Shown here: one piece after another, positions 1 through 12,167 of the stretch
Numbering within the stretch: the stretch's first letter is position 1
Layout: each line of letters starts with the position of its first letter
Source of the DNA: Octopus vulgaris
Lineage: Eukaryota
Reading direction: 5' to 3'
Assembly (NCBI GenBank): GCA_951406725.2
Contig: OX597817.1
Coordinates: 47,058,001 to 47,122,000, forward strand
Length of the DNA: 64,000 nt
Notes under the pieces: generated by a model
Seen by the model: only the letters and a program-made list of their open reading frames with translations
The model's database searches: none
Told to the model about the DNA's origin: nothing
Program-made: the position numbers and the translations under genes

Positions 1-23
1 GGCTTTTGATGGATAGATAAGTT

Positions 24-26
<3 letters not shown>

Positions 27-100
<74 letters not shown>
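27..100. repeat. (TG)n microsatellite
   Basis: Perfect TG run. Confidence 0.97.
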
Positions 101-104
<4 letters not shown>

Positions 105-994
105 TGTTTGTTTTCTTTACAGGAATTAGGATAAAAGAGTTTTTAGTTTAAAAGAAAAAAGTGTATGATGTTAGTCCAATACGTCCAACTAAGGAAGGAA
201 CATATGACCAGTGCTTGGAGGGTAAATGGGTGTTGCGAAGGAAAAAAAATATTGCGCATGGATGAAGGAAAGAAGAGAGGATCGAAAACAAAACAGAAAG
301 AATGAAAAAAAGCCTAACGTGAAGAAATTTCTGATGTACTAAGAGGTATGCGAAGGGAGTGGGAGAAAATATCCCAGACCGATTAGGGAATAAGAGAGGT
401 TGTAAGGGGGATACAGTAAACAAGAAAGAGTTTAATGTGAAGCAATTACAGATATCAATACATTTATATAGAAAGCCACAATGTCAGCTAAAGTGTATAA
501 TAGATACTTTTCTATGTGTTTCCATTTCGCGAAATTCTCTGATCTTATGTTTGAATAAACGGTCTTGGTAACGGAGTTTTTAAGAAGTTTCCTTTTCTCT
601 GCCATATACACATCATATCTCTGGCTTCCAATTTCATAGATTTGGACACCCATCCTTATTTAAACAACGTTCCTTCCAATACTGCCCTTATATTTCTCAT
701 ATACTTTCACGCGAATGCACAAATGCATGCACATACACATATACAGACACAAAAGTACTTGGAGTATTAACGCCAGTTTTATGAGTGTTCTCTCTTTTTA
801 ATACGACAGGCAAAATTTTCGGAAGAAAAAGGTCCTTGGACGGACCACAAGTTCTAACATTTATATCTGTGTAGATCTTGTATATATCTATGTATAATTC
901 GATACACATTAATAAAGATAAGTTTAACACATCAAATTAACGCATAACATCTTAATTAACGCGGCCACTGAATTTAGGACGTTTATATTACTTG

Positions 995-1118
995 TGTGGC
1001 CTGCTCGCTTAGCCAGCGGGGTGGCGTTATTTGAAGGCTAAAACAATGCGAAACGCATTGTGACCAGCGATGTGTAGCAATATCTGATAGCCTGGTCGGT
1101 CACGGTGATCACGGTGAT
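995..1118 (+). mobile_element. SINE 3' tail fragment (same tail as the SINE at 43138-43440)
   Basis: TGGCCTGCTCGCTTAGCCAGCGGGGTGGCG...GGTCGGTC is near-identical to 43325-43430. Confidence 0.75.
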
Positions 1119-1897
1119 ATTACTTATAAGGTGTTCTAAATTTTTCAGCTAGAGTGTAGTTGGGTCTCAAGGGGGTGGTACAAACCTAGCAATGTGTGTT
1201 TTATAGTAAAAACTAAATTTCCATTCAAATGGCAATTACAGGATGAGTTCCTGTTCGAGTTTAACCGTTTGATGGAAACGCGACATATGTTGCAAATATG
1301 CATACGAATATTGTGTAAATTTTATAATTGAAAAATTTACTATATTTTGTGTGTACAAGTATACCAGCCTGTGGGAGAAATAAAATGGGCTTGCGAGCGC
1401 AAGTGCATCCGCGAGCTGGGGTTTCCTCATCCCAATTTTGACCCAATTTCTCCAAGAAAAAAAAAAGAGACTAATGGACAAAGGACAATATTTCCTCTAC
1501 AAAGGACAATATTTCCTCAACCTTGACTGAAACAGAAATTCAATCGAAAAATATTCTGTTTTTTTTTTTTTGTTTTTTTGTTGTTTTTTTTCTAAACAGA
1601 AATGTTTAAGAATAACGCGAACAAGTGGAAGCAGGTTTGAAAGAACAGTGACCGTGAAACCTAGAATAACCAACACATTTTGCTTCCTGGAATTACTTTA
1701 TGAATACAAATACATTATTCTGCACCTGTTATCTTCAGGTCCGTTCTCAGCGACAAAGAAATTATCCGTAGAATTTCAATGTGTATAAACGGTTTCCTTT
1801 TAGGGGAAATCTATTCACTTCTGTACAGGCTGTTAAGCGGTGTTCGGAGGATTGCTGGCGGACAATACAGCTCGGATTTCAAAATCTCCCTTTAACT

Positions 1898-1935
<38 letters not shown>

Positions 1936-2017
1936 TGTGCGTATATAACAAGATAATTTATCTCAATATATGAATATATATAAATATATATATATATATT
2001 GGTGTCTTGTTAAATAA

Positions 2018-2086
<69 letters not shown>

Positions 2087-2100
2087 ATATTAGTATATAT

Positions 2101-3480
2101 ATGTCTTGTACCACTTATCTCGCAGTCAACTATCGCCCAATCTCACTCACCTCCCACATCATTAAAACGTTTGAAAGAGTGTTAAGATCAAGGATAGCTG
2201 ACTTCCTGGAGACCCACAAACTCCTAAATGCAAATCAGCATGGCTTTCGCTGTGGCAGGGACTGTCTAACACAGCTCTTACACCACATTGAAGATGTACT
2301 CAAAGCCTTGGGAACAGGTTCGAACTCTGACGTCATATATCTTGACTTCAGTAAAGCGTTCGACAGGGTAGACCATAATATCCTACTCTCAAAATTGGCA
2401 AATGTTGGAATCCGTGGAAAAGTTCTACACTGGATTAAGTATTTCCTGGCGAATAGAACACATTTTGTAGTTGATGGAGTCCACTCAAGCCCAGCAAAAG
2501 TCACCAGCGGTGTTCCCCAGGGGACTGTTTTGGGTCCGCTACTCTTCATAATTTACATAAACGACCTTTCCAGTGTTGTACATTACTGCAAAGTGAAAAT
2601 ATTTGCTGATGACACTAAGCTCCAGCAAATCGTCAATGAAGAAGCAGACCGAACTCAACTCCAGTCTGATCTATATGCTGTGAGTCAATGGGCAGACAGA
2701 AACAAAATGCAACTGAATGAGGGAAAATTTGAGCTGATGCATTTTGGAAGAAATTCCTCACTAAAACAACCATACTCTCTTCTTTCAGGGGAACCGCTCA
2801 CAGCCTCTAACAATATCAGAGACCTGGGTGTAATTGTTGATGACGATCTCAGTTGGAGTGCACACATCAACAAGAAGGTCGATATAGCTCGTAGGATGAG
2901 TTCCTGGATCTTAAGAACTTTCCGGTCAGAGAACAAGGTGTCATCATACCACTTTTTTTCCTCCTTTGTACGGTCACATCTTGAATACTGCTGCCCACTG
3001 TGGTCTCCGCATACAAGACAAAACATCTCCAGAATTGAGTCACCCCAGAGGGCACTCAGTAAACGAATTGAAGGCATGGCTGCTCTCGATTATTGGGATC
3101 GCCTTAAAGCCTTGAAACTTTACTCCCTCCAGCGTCGCCGTGAGCGGTACATCATTTGTACGATGTGGAGAATATACCGCCAACTTTGCCCAAACGACCT
3201 TAACATTAGCTTCAAGGTTCATCCAAGACTGGGACCACGGGTCATACGTCCCCTGCCCAATTCAAGATCACAACATACATGTACACTGCAACATAATTTC
3301 TTTTCCTCAACAGGGCCTGCCCTATTTAACATTGTCCCGAGGGAGATCAAAGAGGAAAAGGATCCCATCATCTTTAAACGGAGTCTGGATAGATTCCTTC
3401 AAAGAATACCAGATAAGCCACCTATAATTGGATACAACTCACCCAACAAGAACTCACTACTTGAACAAAACTTGACTTAA
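2101..3480 (+). CDS. LINE ORF2 reverse transcriptase and C-terminal region (459 aa, no endonuclease; the ATG comes from the flanking TA repeat)
   Basis: Motifs NYRPISLTS, QHGFR, YLDFSKAFDRVDH, SGVPQGTVLGPLLF, FADDTKL, RDLGV, HLEYC..WSP and YSLQRRRERY. Confidence 0.93.
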   Translation: MSCTTYLAVNYRPISLTSHIIKTFERVLRSRIADFLETHKLLNANQHGFRCGRDCLTQLLHHIEDVLKALGTGSNSDVIYLDFSKAFDRVDHNILLSKLANVGIRGKVLHWIKYFLANRTHFVVDGVHSSPAKVTSGVPQGTVLGPLLFIIYINDLSSVVHYCKVKIFADDTKLQQIVNEEADRTQLQSDLYAVSQWADRNKMQLNEGKFELMHFGRNSSLKQPYSLLSGEPLTASNNIRDLGVIVDDDLSWSAHINKKVDIARRMSSWILRTFRSENKVSSYHFFSSFVRSHLEYCCPLWSPHTRQNISRIESPQRALSKRIEGMAALDYWDRLKALKLYSLQRRRERYIICTMWRIYRQLCPNDLNISFKVHPRLGPRVIRPLPNSRSQHTCTLQHNFFSSTGPALFNIVPREIKEEKDPIIFKRSLDRFLQRIPDKPPIIGYNSPNKNSLLEQNLT

Positions 3481-3590
3481 ACAAAACTTGACTTAAACAG
3501 GATTCGAATAATCCTATCAGGTGGTGCTATTAAGTTAGTCATGGCCTGGACCAATCTTTGGTCGAAACATATCTAAGTTTTATCTAAGTT
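2113..3590 (+). mobile_element. 5'-truncated non-LTR retrotransposon (CR1/L2/Crack group) inserted in a (TA)n tract
   Basis: RT ORF followed by a short 3' UTR. A 16-bp tandem duplication ACAAAACTTGACTTAA overlaps the stop (3465-3496). Tandem ATCTAAGTT-type tail at about 3570-3590. (TA)n on both flanks. Confidence 0.88.
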
Positions 3591-3634
3591 ATATATATAT
3601 ATATCTTATAATATTATATATATATATACATATT

Positions 3635-3750
3635 TTAATTGCTTGAGAGGTGCGAAAGTGACTCAGAGGACTGCCTAGATTTGAAGTCAGTTTGATAAGT
3701 GGTACGCACGAAGCTTTCAAAGTCTTCGCAACTTTCTGCCGGTTGAAAAA
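3635..3750 (-). CDS. Candidate terminal coding exon: (V)FQPAESCEDFESFVRTTYQTDFKSRQSSESLSHLSSN*
   Basis: Unique sequence after a long (CT)n polypyrimidine tract ending TTTCTCATAG on the minus strand. Phase-1 frame is open to a TAA at 3635. No homology recognised. Confidence 0.3.
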
Positions 3751-3759
3751 CTATGAGAA

Positions 3760-3915
<156 letters not shown>

Positions 3916-4629
3916 TTGTATTTTTGTGTGCTGGTACATACACGAACATACACATACACGAACAGCATGATAGAGAACTACTTGCCAAGCTGACGACTAA
4001 AATATCCAATTGAAAAGTGGACCGAAAGCGGGTATCGACGCAGTGACAAGCATCGCTGCCCATCAAAAAGAACCAGCAAGAACGGCAGTAACATTAACAG
4101 AAGAACAATAATGGCATGAGACTGAATTATCCTCACATCGATAAGACGTTTTAGACAGACGGATTAATTAGTTCCAAGAGGCATTGAAACACCGGAAAGA
4201 CTTAACGGTCATTCTGGTTTCAAAGTAATTGAAGACAAAGGTGGTTTCCTAACGGCCACAGGAGCCATTTTGACTGATTCCACAACAACAACGATATATA
4301 ACACACACCACCACCAACAACAACAACAGCAACAGCACACACAACCCACAGCAATAACAACAATATACAAGAACGATAGCAGTGATGGCTGTATACGCTC
4401 TACCATTATTATATCTTCGCCACAACCACCATCATCATCATAATCGCCTATATTTTCCTGTACATCGAAGTAAGTCGTGAGGAATTTGAAAAATTTCTGC
4501 TCTAAGACAACATTCTTCAAAGCATCTGCCTCGTAAAAAAACAGTGGAATACGACTAGAGGGAAATTAGGCTGCTTTTTCTACCAGGACGAGTCACTAGG
4601 TTCCCCCGTTGCACTTTGGCCAGCAATAT

Positions 4630-4800
4630 TGAGGGAAGGGGTAAGACGATTATATCGACTCCAGTACATAACTGGTACTTATTTTATCGAGCCCGAAAGG
4701 ATGAAGGGCAAAGTAGACCTCGGCGGAATTTGAACTCGGAACGAAATACCGCTAAGCATCTTACCCGGCTTGCTAACGATTCTGCCAGCTCCCCACCTTA
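4630..4800 (-). mobile_element. SINE family A copy (tRNA-like head GGCGGCGAGCTGGCAGAA..., core GACTTTGCCTTTCATCCTTTCGGGGTCGAT)
   Basis: Reverse complement of the unit seen at 6295-6525. Confidence 0.8.
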
Positions 4801-5029
4801 CACTGTTCTTATTATTGCCATTAATTATCATCAGCCATAAGGTATCCTCTTCATACCTATTCAACCAAACATTAATCAAACATTATATGTATCTCTTATT
4901 ATAATCTTCTTATAAAACAAAGCGTCAGACTGCATGATGTTGTCCTAGGTACATTATGCCTGAAAAAAAATTGCAGGAGATAGTGATTCCTGGATCGTCT
5001 TTGGTTATAGGTCTCCTCGGTCGTAATGC

Positions 5030-5740
5030 CAACCACCGCCGCCATCGCCATCACCATCACCATCATCATCATCATCAGTAGCAGTAGCAGCAGCAGCGGC
5101 AGCAGCGTCGACGTCGTCGTCGTCATCTTCTTCTTCATCGTCATCGTCGTAGTCGTCGTTGTCGCTGTCATAACTATCGACAAGAACACAACCATCATCA
5201 TCATCACCATCATCATCATCACCATCACCATCATCGTCATCATCATCACCACCATCATTATCATCACTGTTGTCACTACCACCATCATCGTCATCACCAT
5301 CATCGTTATCATCACTGTCAGCGTCGTCGTCATTATTATCATCATCACCACCATCATCACCATCACCACCATCATCATCGTCGTCATCATCATCATCGTC
5401 ATCAAAATCATCATCATCATCATCATCATCACCGTTGTCACTACCACCACCACCACCACCATCATCATCATCACCATCATCACCATCTTCCTCGTCATCA
5501 TCATCATTACCATCACCATCGTCGTCATCACCATCACCACCATCATCATCATCATCATCATCGTCATCAAAATCATTATCATCATCATCATCATTACCGT
5601 TGTCACTACCACCACCCATCATCATCATCATCATCACCATCACCATCATCACCATTATCGTGATCATCATCATTATCATCGTCATCATCATCACTGTCGT
5701 CGTCATTATCATCATCATCATCATCATCATAGCCATCATT
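5030..5740. repeat. Compound (CAT/CAC/CGT)n trinucleotide tract
   Basis: Direct reading; it produces the poly-M/D/I/S ORFs in the track. Confidence 0.95.
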
Positions 5741-6044
5741 TAATGGTTGAAAATATATCTTAATTCAAATTCATCAGCAACAATACAATACATCACTTGA
5801 TGGTCACAAATAACACCACCACCACCACCACCATCACCATTACCAACACCACCTTCAACAACAGCAACAACAGAAACCGCAGGAACCTCAGTAATGTCTG
5901 CAACTCCTACAACAAAACCAGCAATAAACACACAAACAACAGAAGCTTCAAAAATAATGACGAAAGTAACAAGAGTGGTAACGTCTATAAAAACCGACAG
6001 GAACAGCGGAGCAGACCGAACAATACCGACAGCAGCAGGCGCGG

Positions 6045-6190
6045 CAGCAGCAGCAGCGGTAGCAGCAGCGGTAGCAGCAGCGGTAGCAGCAGCGGTAGCA
6101 GCAGCGGTAGCAGCAGCGGTAGCAGCAGCGGTAGCAGCAGCGGTAGCAGCAGCGGTAGCAGCAGCGGCAGCAGCGGCAGCAGCAGCAGCA
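6045..6190. repeat. (AGCAGCAGCGGT)n 12-bp minisatellite
   Basis: About 10 perfect 12-mers within an AGC run. Confidence 0.93.
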
Positions 6191-6294
6191 ATAACAACAA
6201 TAACAGCTTCATAAATTACACCCAACAGGAATTAAACTAATAAGCGAGTTTCTATGTGAAAGCTCAGCATGCTTGGAATAATAGCCAAATATAT

Positions 6295-7245
6295 GGCGGC
6301 GAGCTGGCAGAAACGTTAGCACGCTGGGCGAAATGCGTAGCCGTATTTTCGTCTGCCGTCACGTTCTGAGTTCAAATTCTGCCGAGGTCGACTTTGCCTT
6401 TCATCCTTTCGGGGTCGATTAAATAAGTTCCATTTACGCACTGGGGTCGATATAATCGACTTAAACCATTTGTCTGTCCTTGTTTGTCCTCTCTGTGTTT
6501 AGCCCCTTGTGGGTAGTAAAGAAATAGGTATTTCGTCTGTCCTTACGTTCTGAGTTCAAATGTGTCTGTCCTTGTTTGTCCTCTCAATGTTTAGCCCCTT
6601 GTGGGTAGTAAAGAAATAGGTATTTTGCCCGTCGCTACGTTCTGAGTTCAAATTTGTCTGTCCTTGTTTGTCCTCTCTGTGTTTAGCCCCTTCTGGGTAG
6701 TAAAGAAATAGGTATTTCGTCTGCCACTACGTTCTGAGTTCAAATTCAGCCGAGGTCGACTTTACCTTTCATCCTTTCAGGGTCGATTAAATAAGGACCA
6801 GTTACGCACTGGGGTCGATATAATCGACTTAATCCGTTTGTCTGTCCTTGTTTGTCCCCTCTGTGTTTAGCCCCTTATTGGTAGTAAAGAAATAGATATT
6901 TCGTCTGCCGTTACATTCTGAGTTCAAATTTCGCCGAGGTCGACTTTGCCTTTCATCCTTTCGAGGTCGATTAAATAAGTACCAGTTACGCACTGGAGTC
7001 AATATAATCGACTTAATCCCTTTGTCTGTTCTTGTTTGTCCCCTCTATGTTTAGCACGCCGGGAAAAGTGCTTAGCGGTATTTCGTCTGCCGCTACTTTC
7101 TGAGTTCAAATTCCGCCGAGATCTACTTTGCCATTCTTCCTTTCAGGGTCGATAAATTAAGTACTAGCTGCGTACTGGAGTCGATGTAATCGACTGCCCC
7201 CTCCCCAAAAATTTCGGGCCTTGTGCCAAGAGTAGAAAAGAATAG
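6295..7245 (+). mobile_element. Tandem array of SINE family A (one headed copy followed by head-less or internally deleted units)
   Basis: Repeated GGTATTTCGTCTG...GTTCTGAGTTCAAAT...AAAGAAATA units. Confidence 0.88.
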
Positions 7246-7796
7246 CCAAATATATGCCAGAGAGCCTCCCAAAATTGGAGATTATTATATATAAGAGTTA
7301 TGCAAGCCTGATGAGATTGTCTATGACGTAAAATCAACCCATATCAATATAAGTCATAACAAAGCGGCGCGCTGGCAGATCGTTAGCACGCCGGGCAAAA
7401 TGCTCAGTTGCATTTCGTTTCTTTACGCTGGCAGAATCGTTAGCACGTTTCGTCCGTCTTTACTTTGACTTCAAATCCTGCCGTGGTCGACTTTGCCTTT
7501 CACCCAATTTGGATAGACGGAATTTGTATAGAAACTCGTCCGTTGGATTGAAACTCTAATTCAAAGGGTACGGCCTTGTCACAAACAGTCTCGTTTGAGA
7601 ATGACATTAAGAATTAAAATGTCTAAGGAATACTCAGTCATCGTTTCAGGAGCTGATCATTTAGTTGATCGAACAATACAATACTCACCGTCGGACGACG
7701 GAGATTCACCACCATTCGATTAAGGTTTTTAAAAAATCCGAAAGCCGCATCTACAGTAGGAGTACTTACAACGGCAACATTGATTAAGCATTTTTT

Positions 7797-8045
7797 AAGT
7801 GATAAACTACAGATTTTATATAGAATTCAGAGCCAGCACTGTAAGTTACAACAATTCGTATAGGAATACGTTTACGTAAACAATACCATCAGAGAATTAA
7901 AATAAAGGTAAAGAGTGTATATGCATATTTCGAGACTAATTGGTCTTTCGTCAGTACTACATGCAACCATCAACTATCTGCGTATGCGAAATATCATAAC
8001 TTACTGTGCTCACTCTGAATCTGACAGAAAATCTATAAGTGATAA
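7797..8045. mobile_element. Imperfect fold-back element with a hammerhead-like motif in its loop (Penelope-like remnant)
   Basis: Left arm AGATTTTATATAGAATTCAGAGCCAGCACTGTAAGTTA pairs with right arm TAACTTACTGTGCTCACTCTGAATCTGACAGAAAATCT. Confidence 0.55.
7913..7960 (-). ncRNA. Minimal type-I hammerhead ribozyme motif (slightly degenerate)
   Basis: Minus strand reads GTAGTA-CTGACGA-AAGACcaattaGTCTC-GAAA-TATGCATA-TA-CACTC. Both core boxes are intact, stem II is AGAC/GTCT, stem III is palindromic, the cleavage triplet is AUA, and stem I is partial. Confidence 0.6.
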
Positions 8046-8754
8046 GCTTTAAAATGAGAATGTCGCGCTGCTAACGTAAGAAGTAAGACACAACATTGTC
8101 TTGTAAACCTTTACTATAACGCATCGAAATATAGTGTATTCAAAAAGTCTCTCCGCAGTGAAATTTTTCATTTTGAATCTCCAAAGAGTCAGACTCTCCA
8201 AGAATCAGACTCTCCAAGAAGTATTTCAAAACATGTGTAGAAGTGTCAACTTGTGTATTGAAAATGAAGGACGACACTTTCAACACCTCTTATAAAGTAT
8301 TTTAAAGTCTTGTAAAGTCTATCATTGCAAAACGAAATGCTGTGTCCTTGCTTGCATTTAATAGTAAATAAACAATATGACAACCACAGCAGCAACAAAG
8401 AGCACCAGTACAATAGCAGCGACAAAAATAACCCAACAATAGTGATAGCTACAACCTGTGATGATAAGAGCTGCTTATCTATTGAATTAGTTATGTCCCT
8501 TGCATCTTGTGGTATCACACAAAACTATAGCTGCCGGCTTTCTATATTTAAGTTGATTAAGAACACTATGTGGAACTTCCTTTACAACAACGGTTTAATC
8601 GATTGAGCTAGAATGCCTTTAATCATAAGCTTTCTTTGTTGGAATGACGATGAAAACGTAAACAAGGGCAACGATAGTAGTAACATCAGCCAATCACGGA
8701 ATCGAAATGGACAGAATAGATACGGTAGAAAGATTTGGAATCCTAACAATTTCT

Positions 8755-9538
8755 GTTTCTTTACTACCCACAAGGGGCTAAACACAGAGAGGACAAACAA
8801 GGACATACATAGGTATTAAGTCGATTACATCGACCCCAGTGCGTAACTGGTACTCAGTTAATCGAGCCCGAAAGGATGAAAGGCAAAGTCGACCTCGGCG
8901 GAATTTGAACTCAGAACGTAAAGACAGACGAAATACCTATTTCTTTACTACCCACAAGGGGCTAAACACAGAGGGAACAAACAAGGACAGACATACGGAT
9001 TAAGTCGATTACATCGACCTCAGTGCGTAACTGGTACTTAATTTATCGACCCCCGAAAGGATGAAAGGAAAAGTCGACTTCGGCGGAATTTGAACTCAGA
9101 ACGTAAAGACATACGAAATACCTATTTCTTTACTACCCACAAGGGGCTAAACACAGAAGGGACAAACAAGGACAGACAAACGGATCAAGTCGATTACATC
9201 GACCCCAGTGCGTAACTGGTATTTAATTTATCGACCCCGAAAGGATGAAAGGCAAAGTCGACCTCGGCGGAATTTGAACTCAGAACGTAAAGACATACGA
9301 AATACCTATTTCTTTACTAGCCACAAGGGGCTAAACACAGAGTGGACAAACAAGGACAGACATAGGTATTAAGTCGATTACATCGACCCCAGTGCGTAAC
9401 TGGTACTTAATTTATCGACCCCGAAAGGATGAAAGGCAAAGTCGACTTCGGCGGAATTTGAACTCAGAACGTAAAGACAGACGAAATACCGCTAAGCATT
9501 TCGCCCGGCGTGCTAACGTTTCTGCCAGCTCACAGCCT
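8755..9538 (-). mobile_element. Tandem array of SINE family A (about 4 units of ~184 bp)
   Basis: Repeated TTTCTTTACTACCCACAAGGGGCTAAACACAG...GAAATACC; the head is at the right end. Confidence 0.9.
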
Positions 9539-9854
9539 TTTGGAATCCTAACAATTTCTCTTTCATGTGGTGAGATTTTGCAGCGAGGATAAAGAGTTTT
9601 AAGAAATCCCTAACAAATATAAAACCCGATCTTTATCCTGACACACTGCATTTATTTTTCTGGCATATTCAGATTTACATAGCTAACATAAAAATTTCGA
9701 TAGTACTTTAAAACAGAGTCAAGAAGCTTATGTGAAACCTCTCAATGAAATCCATGTTGACGCCATCTATCTACACAATTTCAAAAACCAGATGAAAACA
9801 TACGTTGTGCTTTTATATAAATTCGCTGCGGTTTTTTCTTCTCGATCCGCCATC

Positions 9855-10243
9855 GTGCCGTCTTAAGACATGCATACACTGGGTAATTGTCCGGGGATCA
9901 CACATATTTAAACACCCGATTATTATCTATGTAGGATGTAGCTTGCTCCCAAGAAATAAATATTAGATAGTCCAAAGCATTGATTTGCCCGGGAGTCTAT
10001 GACGGGGTGCTGAATAGTTCCTGGCTTTGGGTAAAAGAAAAATACAGGACGATCAGTTAATTATGATTTTATACATCATATTCCCCTCTCAGGTTCACAC
10101 ACTTATTACAGTGGTACTTCAGTTTTTCCTAAGCCATGTAAAAGAACTCGAAAAGTTAGTCCTACAACCAGAACTTTCACGATACCCTTAAAGCCGGGAA
10201 CTTTTCAGCACCTTCCTCGTATAATGCCACCAAGACGGCTCTG
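9855..10243. mobile_element. Short TIR element (GCCGTCTT...AAGACGGC) hosting a nested mariner-type MITE
   Basis: Terminal inverted 8-mers at about 9858 and 10232. Confidence 0.45.
10000..10221. mobile_element. Tc1/mariner-type MITE
   Basis: TIRs GGGGTGCTGAATAGTTCCTGGCTTT and AAAGCCGGGAACTTTTCAGCACC; TA at the right flank. Confidence 0.75.
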
Positions 10244-10374
10244 GTCTCAAAAGAGGTAAAAATCTATGAACATTTCAAAAAACTATAAGCAAAAGCTTTA
10301 GAGGAATAATATAGCTACGAAAACTCCCATAAAACACTATGATATAAGTGTTCTTGTGTTGATCCAAATACACG

Positions 10375-10713
10375 GAGAGGAAACCCCCTTCGGTCATGAA
10401 TGACCATGGGATTGCACCTAGAAAGTTGCACTCCCGGGCACAAGTCCGCGCAAGGTTGTTTGTGGAAGGCCAGCAGTCGCTTATGCATACCAGCCTCCCC
10501 TCTCCACACCACTAATGTTATCCAAGGGAAAGGCAAAGGCCAATACAGCTTGGCACCAGTGATATTGCAACTCATTTCTACAGCTGAGTGAACTGGAGCA
10601 ACGTGAAATAAGGTGTCTTGCTCAAGAACACAACACGCAGCCCGGTCCGGGAATCGAACTGACAACCTCACGATCGTAAGCTCGACGCTCTAACCACTGA
10701 GCCATGCGCCTTC
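10375..10713 (-). mobile_element. tRNA-derived SINE family D
   Basis: Minus-strand head GGCGCATGGCTCAGTGGTTAGAGC (A box) ... GTTCGATTCC (B box), followed by GTGTTCTTGAGCAAGACAC core. Confidence 0.82.
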
Positions 10714-11257
10714 TCTGATCCAAATAACATTGGAAAGAATTAACAGAAATGAGGAAACAAAACAAAAGACAACGAACAAATTTATCTCACAACTCAATTC
10801 ATGAATTTTTACAGAATCTAATTCTTTAAACTATCTAAAACAGATAAAGATAATAAATCATGAATTATAAACGATTCTTTTCTGCGAAGAAGACACTTAA
10901 ACATTACTTGGGTCGGAGTACTAAAGGAAAATATATTAACACTGGATAGTGACATCGAGCAGACCAGTTCTTTGGAACAAGGTTAATCTACTGTCGTGTG
11001 CACCAACTGCCAAATCTTTTATCTTCTGCCTGTTTTAATCATTAGACTATGGCCATACTGGGACACCACTTTCAAGAATTTTTTTAGTCGAATGAATCGA
11101 CTTATGTGAAACCTCTCAATGAAACCTATGCTGGCGCCTTCTAGTCTACACAATTTCAAAAACCGGTTTTCTAATGATGGTAGGGGACAAACAGACATTA
11201 AAACATACACGCACGCACACATGCACACACAGACACACAGACACACACACACACACA

Positions 11258-11612
11258 CCTAGTACTTATTTTATCGTTCTCTTTTGCTGAACCGCTAAGT
11301 TACGGGGACGTAAACACACCAGCATCGGTTGTCAAGCGATGTTGGGGGGACAAACACAGATTCACAAACATATACACACACGTACATATATACATACATA
11401 TATACGACAGATACACAAACATATACACACACGTACATATATACATATATACACGTACATATATACATACATATATACCAAATCCACCCACAAGGCTTTG
11501 GTTGGCCCGAGGCTGTAGTAGAAGACACTTGCCCAAGGTGCCACGCAGTGGGACTGAACCCAGAACCATGTGGTTGGTAAGCAAGTTACTTACCACACAG
11601 CCACTCCTCCTA
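11258..11612 (-). mobile_element. SINE family B (bipartite, with an internal microsatellite)
   Basis: Head GGAGTGGCTGTGTGGTAAG...GGTTCAGTCCC, core ACCTTGGGCAAGTGTC, internal (TA/TG)n. Confidence 0.85.
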
Positions 11613-11928
11613 TGTATATATAAATGCGACTGGTTTCTTTCAGTTTCTGTTTACCAAACCCACTCACAAAGCTTCGGTTGGCACGAAGCAATAGCAGAAG
11701 ACACTTGCTCGAGGTGTCACATAGTGGGACTGAACCTTGAACCATCTGGCTGGGAAGCAAGCTTCTTACCCAAGCTTCTTACCCCACAGCCATGCCTATG
11801 CAATAAAATCAAGCTTAAATCATCCGAAATATTTCTCCTCTAAAAGCTACCCGTCCATTTGAATATTTTGTCAATGATTTTTAATCGACTCTGTCGTCAG
11901 TCAGATGATTCGAACACATCGAAATATT

Positions 11929-12167
11929 GGGTGTTCAAAAAGTCTATCCGCAGTGAAATTTTTCATATTGACTCTCCAAGAAGTATTTAAAAACATGTGT
12001 AGAAGAGCCAGCTTGTGTATTGAAAATGAAGGACGACACTTTCAACACCTTTAAAAAGTATTTTAAAGTTTTGCCAAGTCTAATATATTCATTTGCAGCC
12101 TTATACTAACTTATAAATATTTTGCAATGAAATACTTACTGCGGAGAGACTTTTTGAACACCCCTGT
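11929..12167. mobile_element. Tc1/mariner-like MITE (partial second copy at about 8135-8330)
   Basis: TIRs GGGTGTTCAAAAAGTCTATCCGCAGT and ACTGCGGAGAGACTTTTTGAACACCC. Confidence 0.75.

Noticed and set aside
432-700. Penelope GIY-YIG remnant
   Set aside because: Only a vague resemblance across frameshifts; not supportable without a search.
4899-6240. Poly-Met/Asp/Ser/Ala ORFs as genes (for example reflectin-like or acidic proteins)
   Set aside because: Trinucleotide repeats are open in most frames on both strands; there are no reflectin motifs or gene structure.
9392-9592. Recurrent MRNWY..RPRKDERQS and [20 protein letters not shown] peptides as a gene family
   Set aside because: They are translations of SINE A and SINE B copies.
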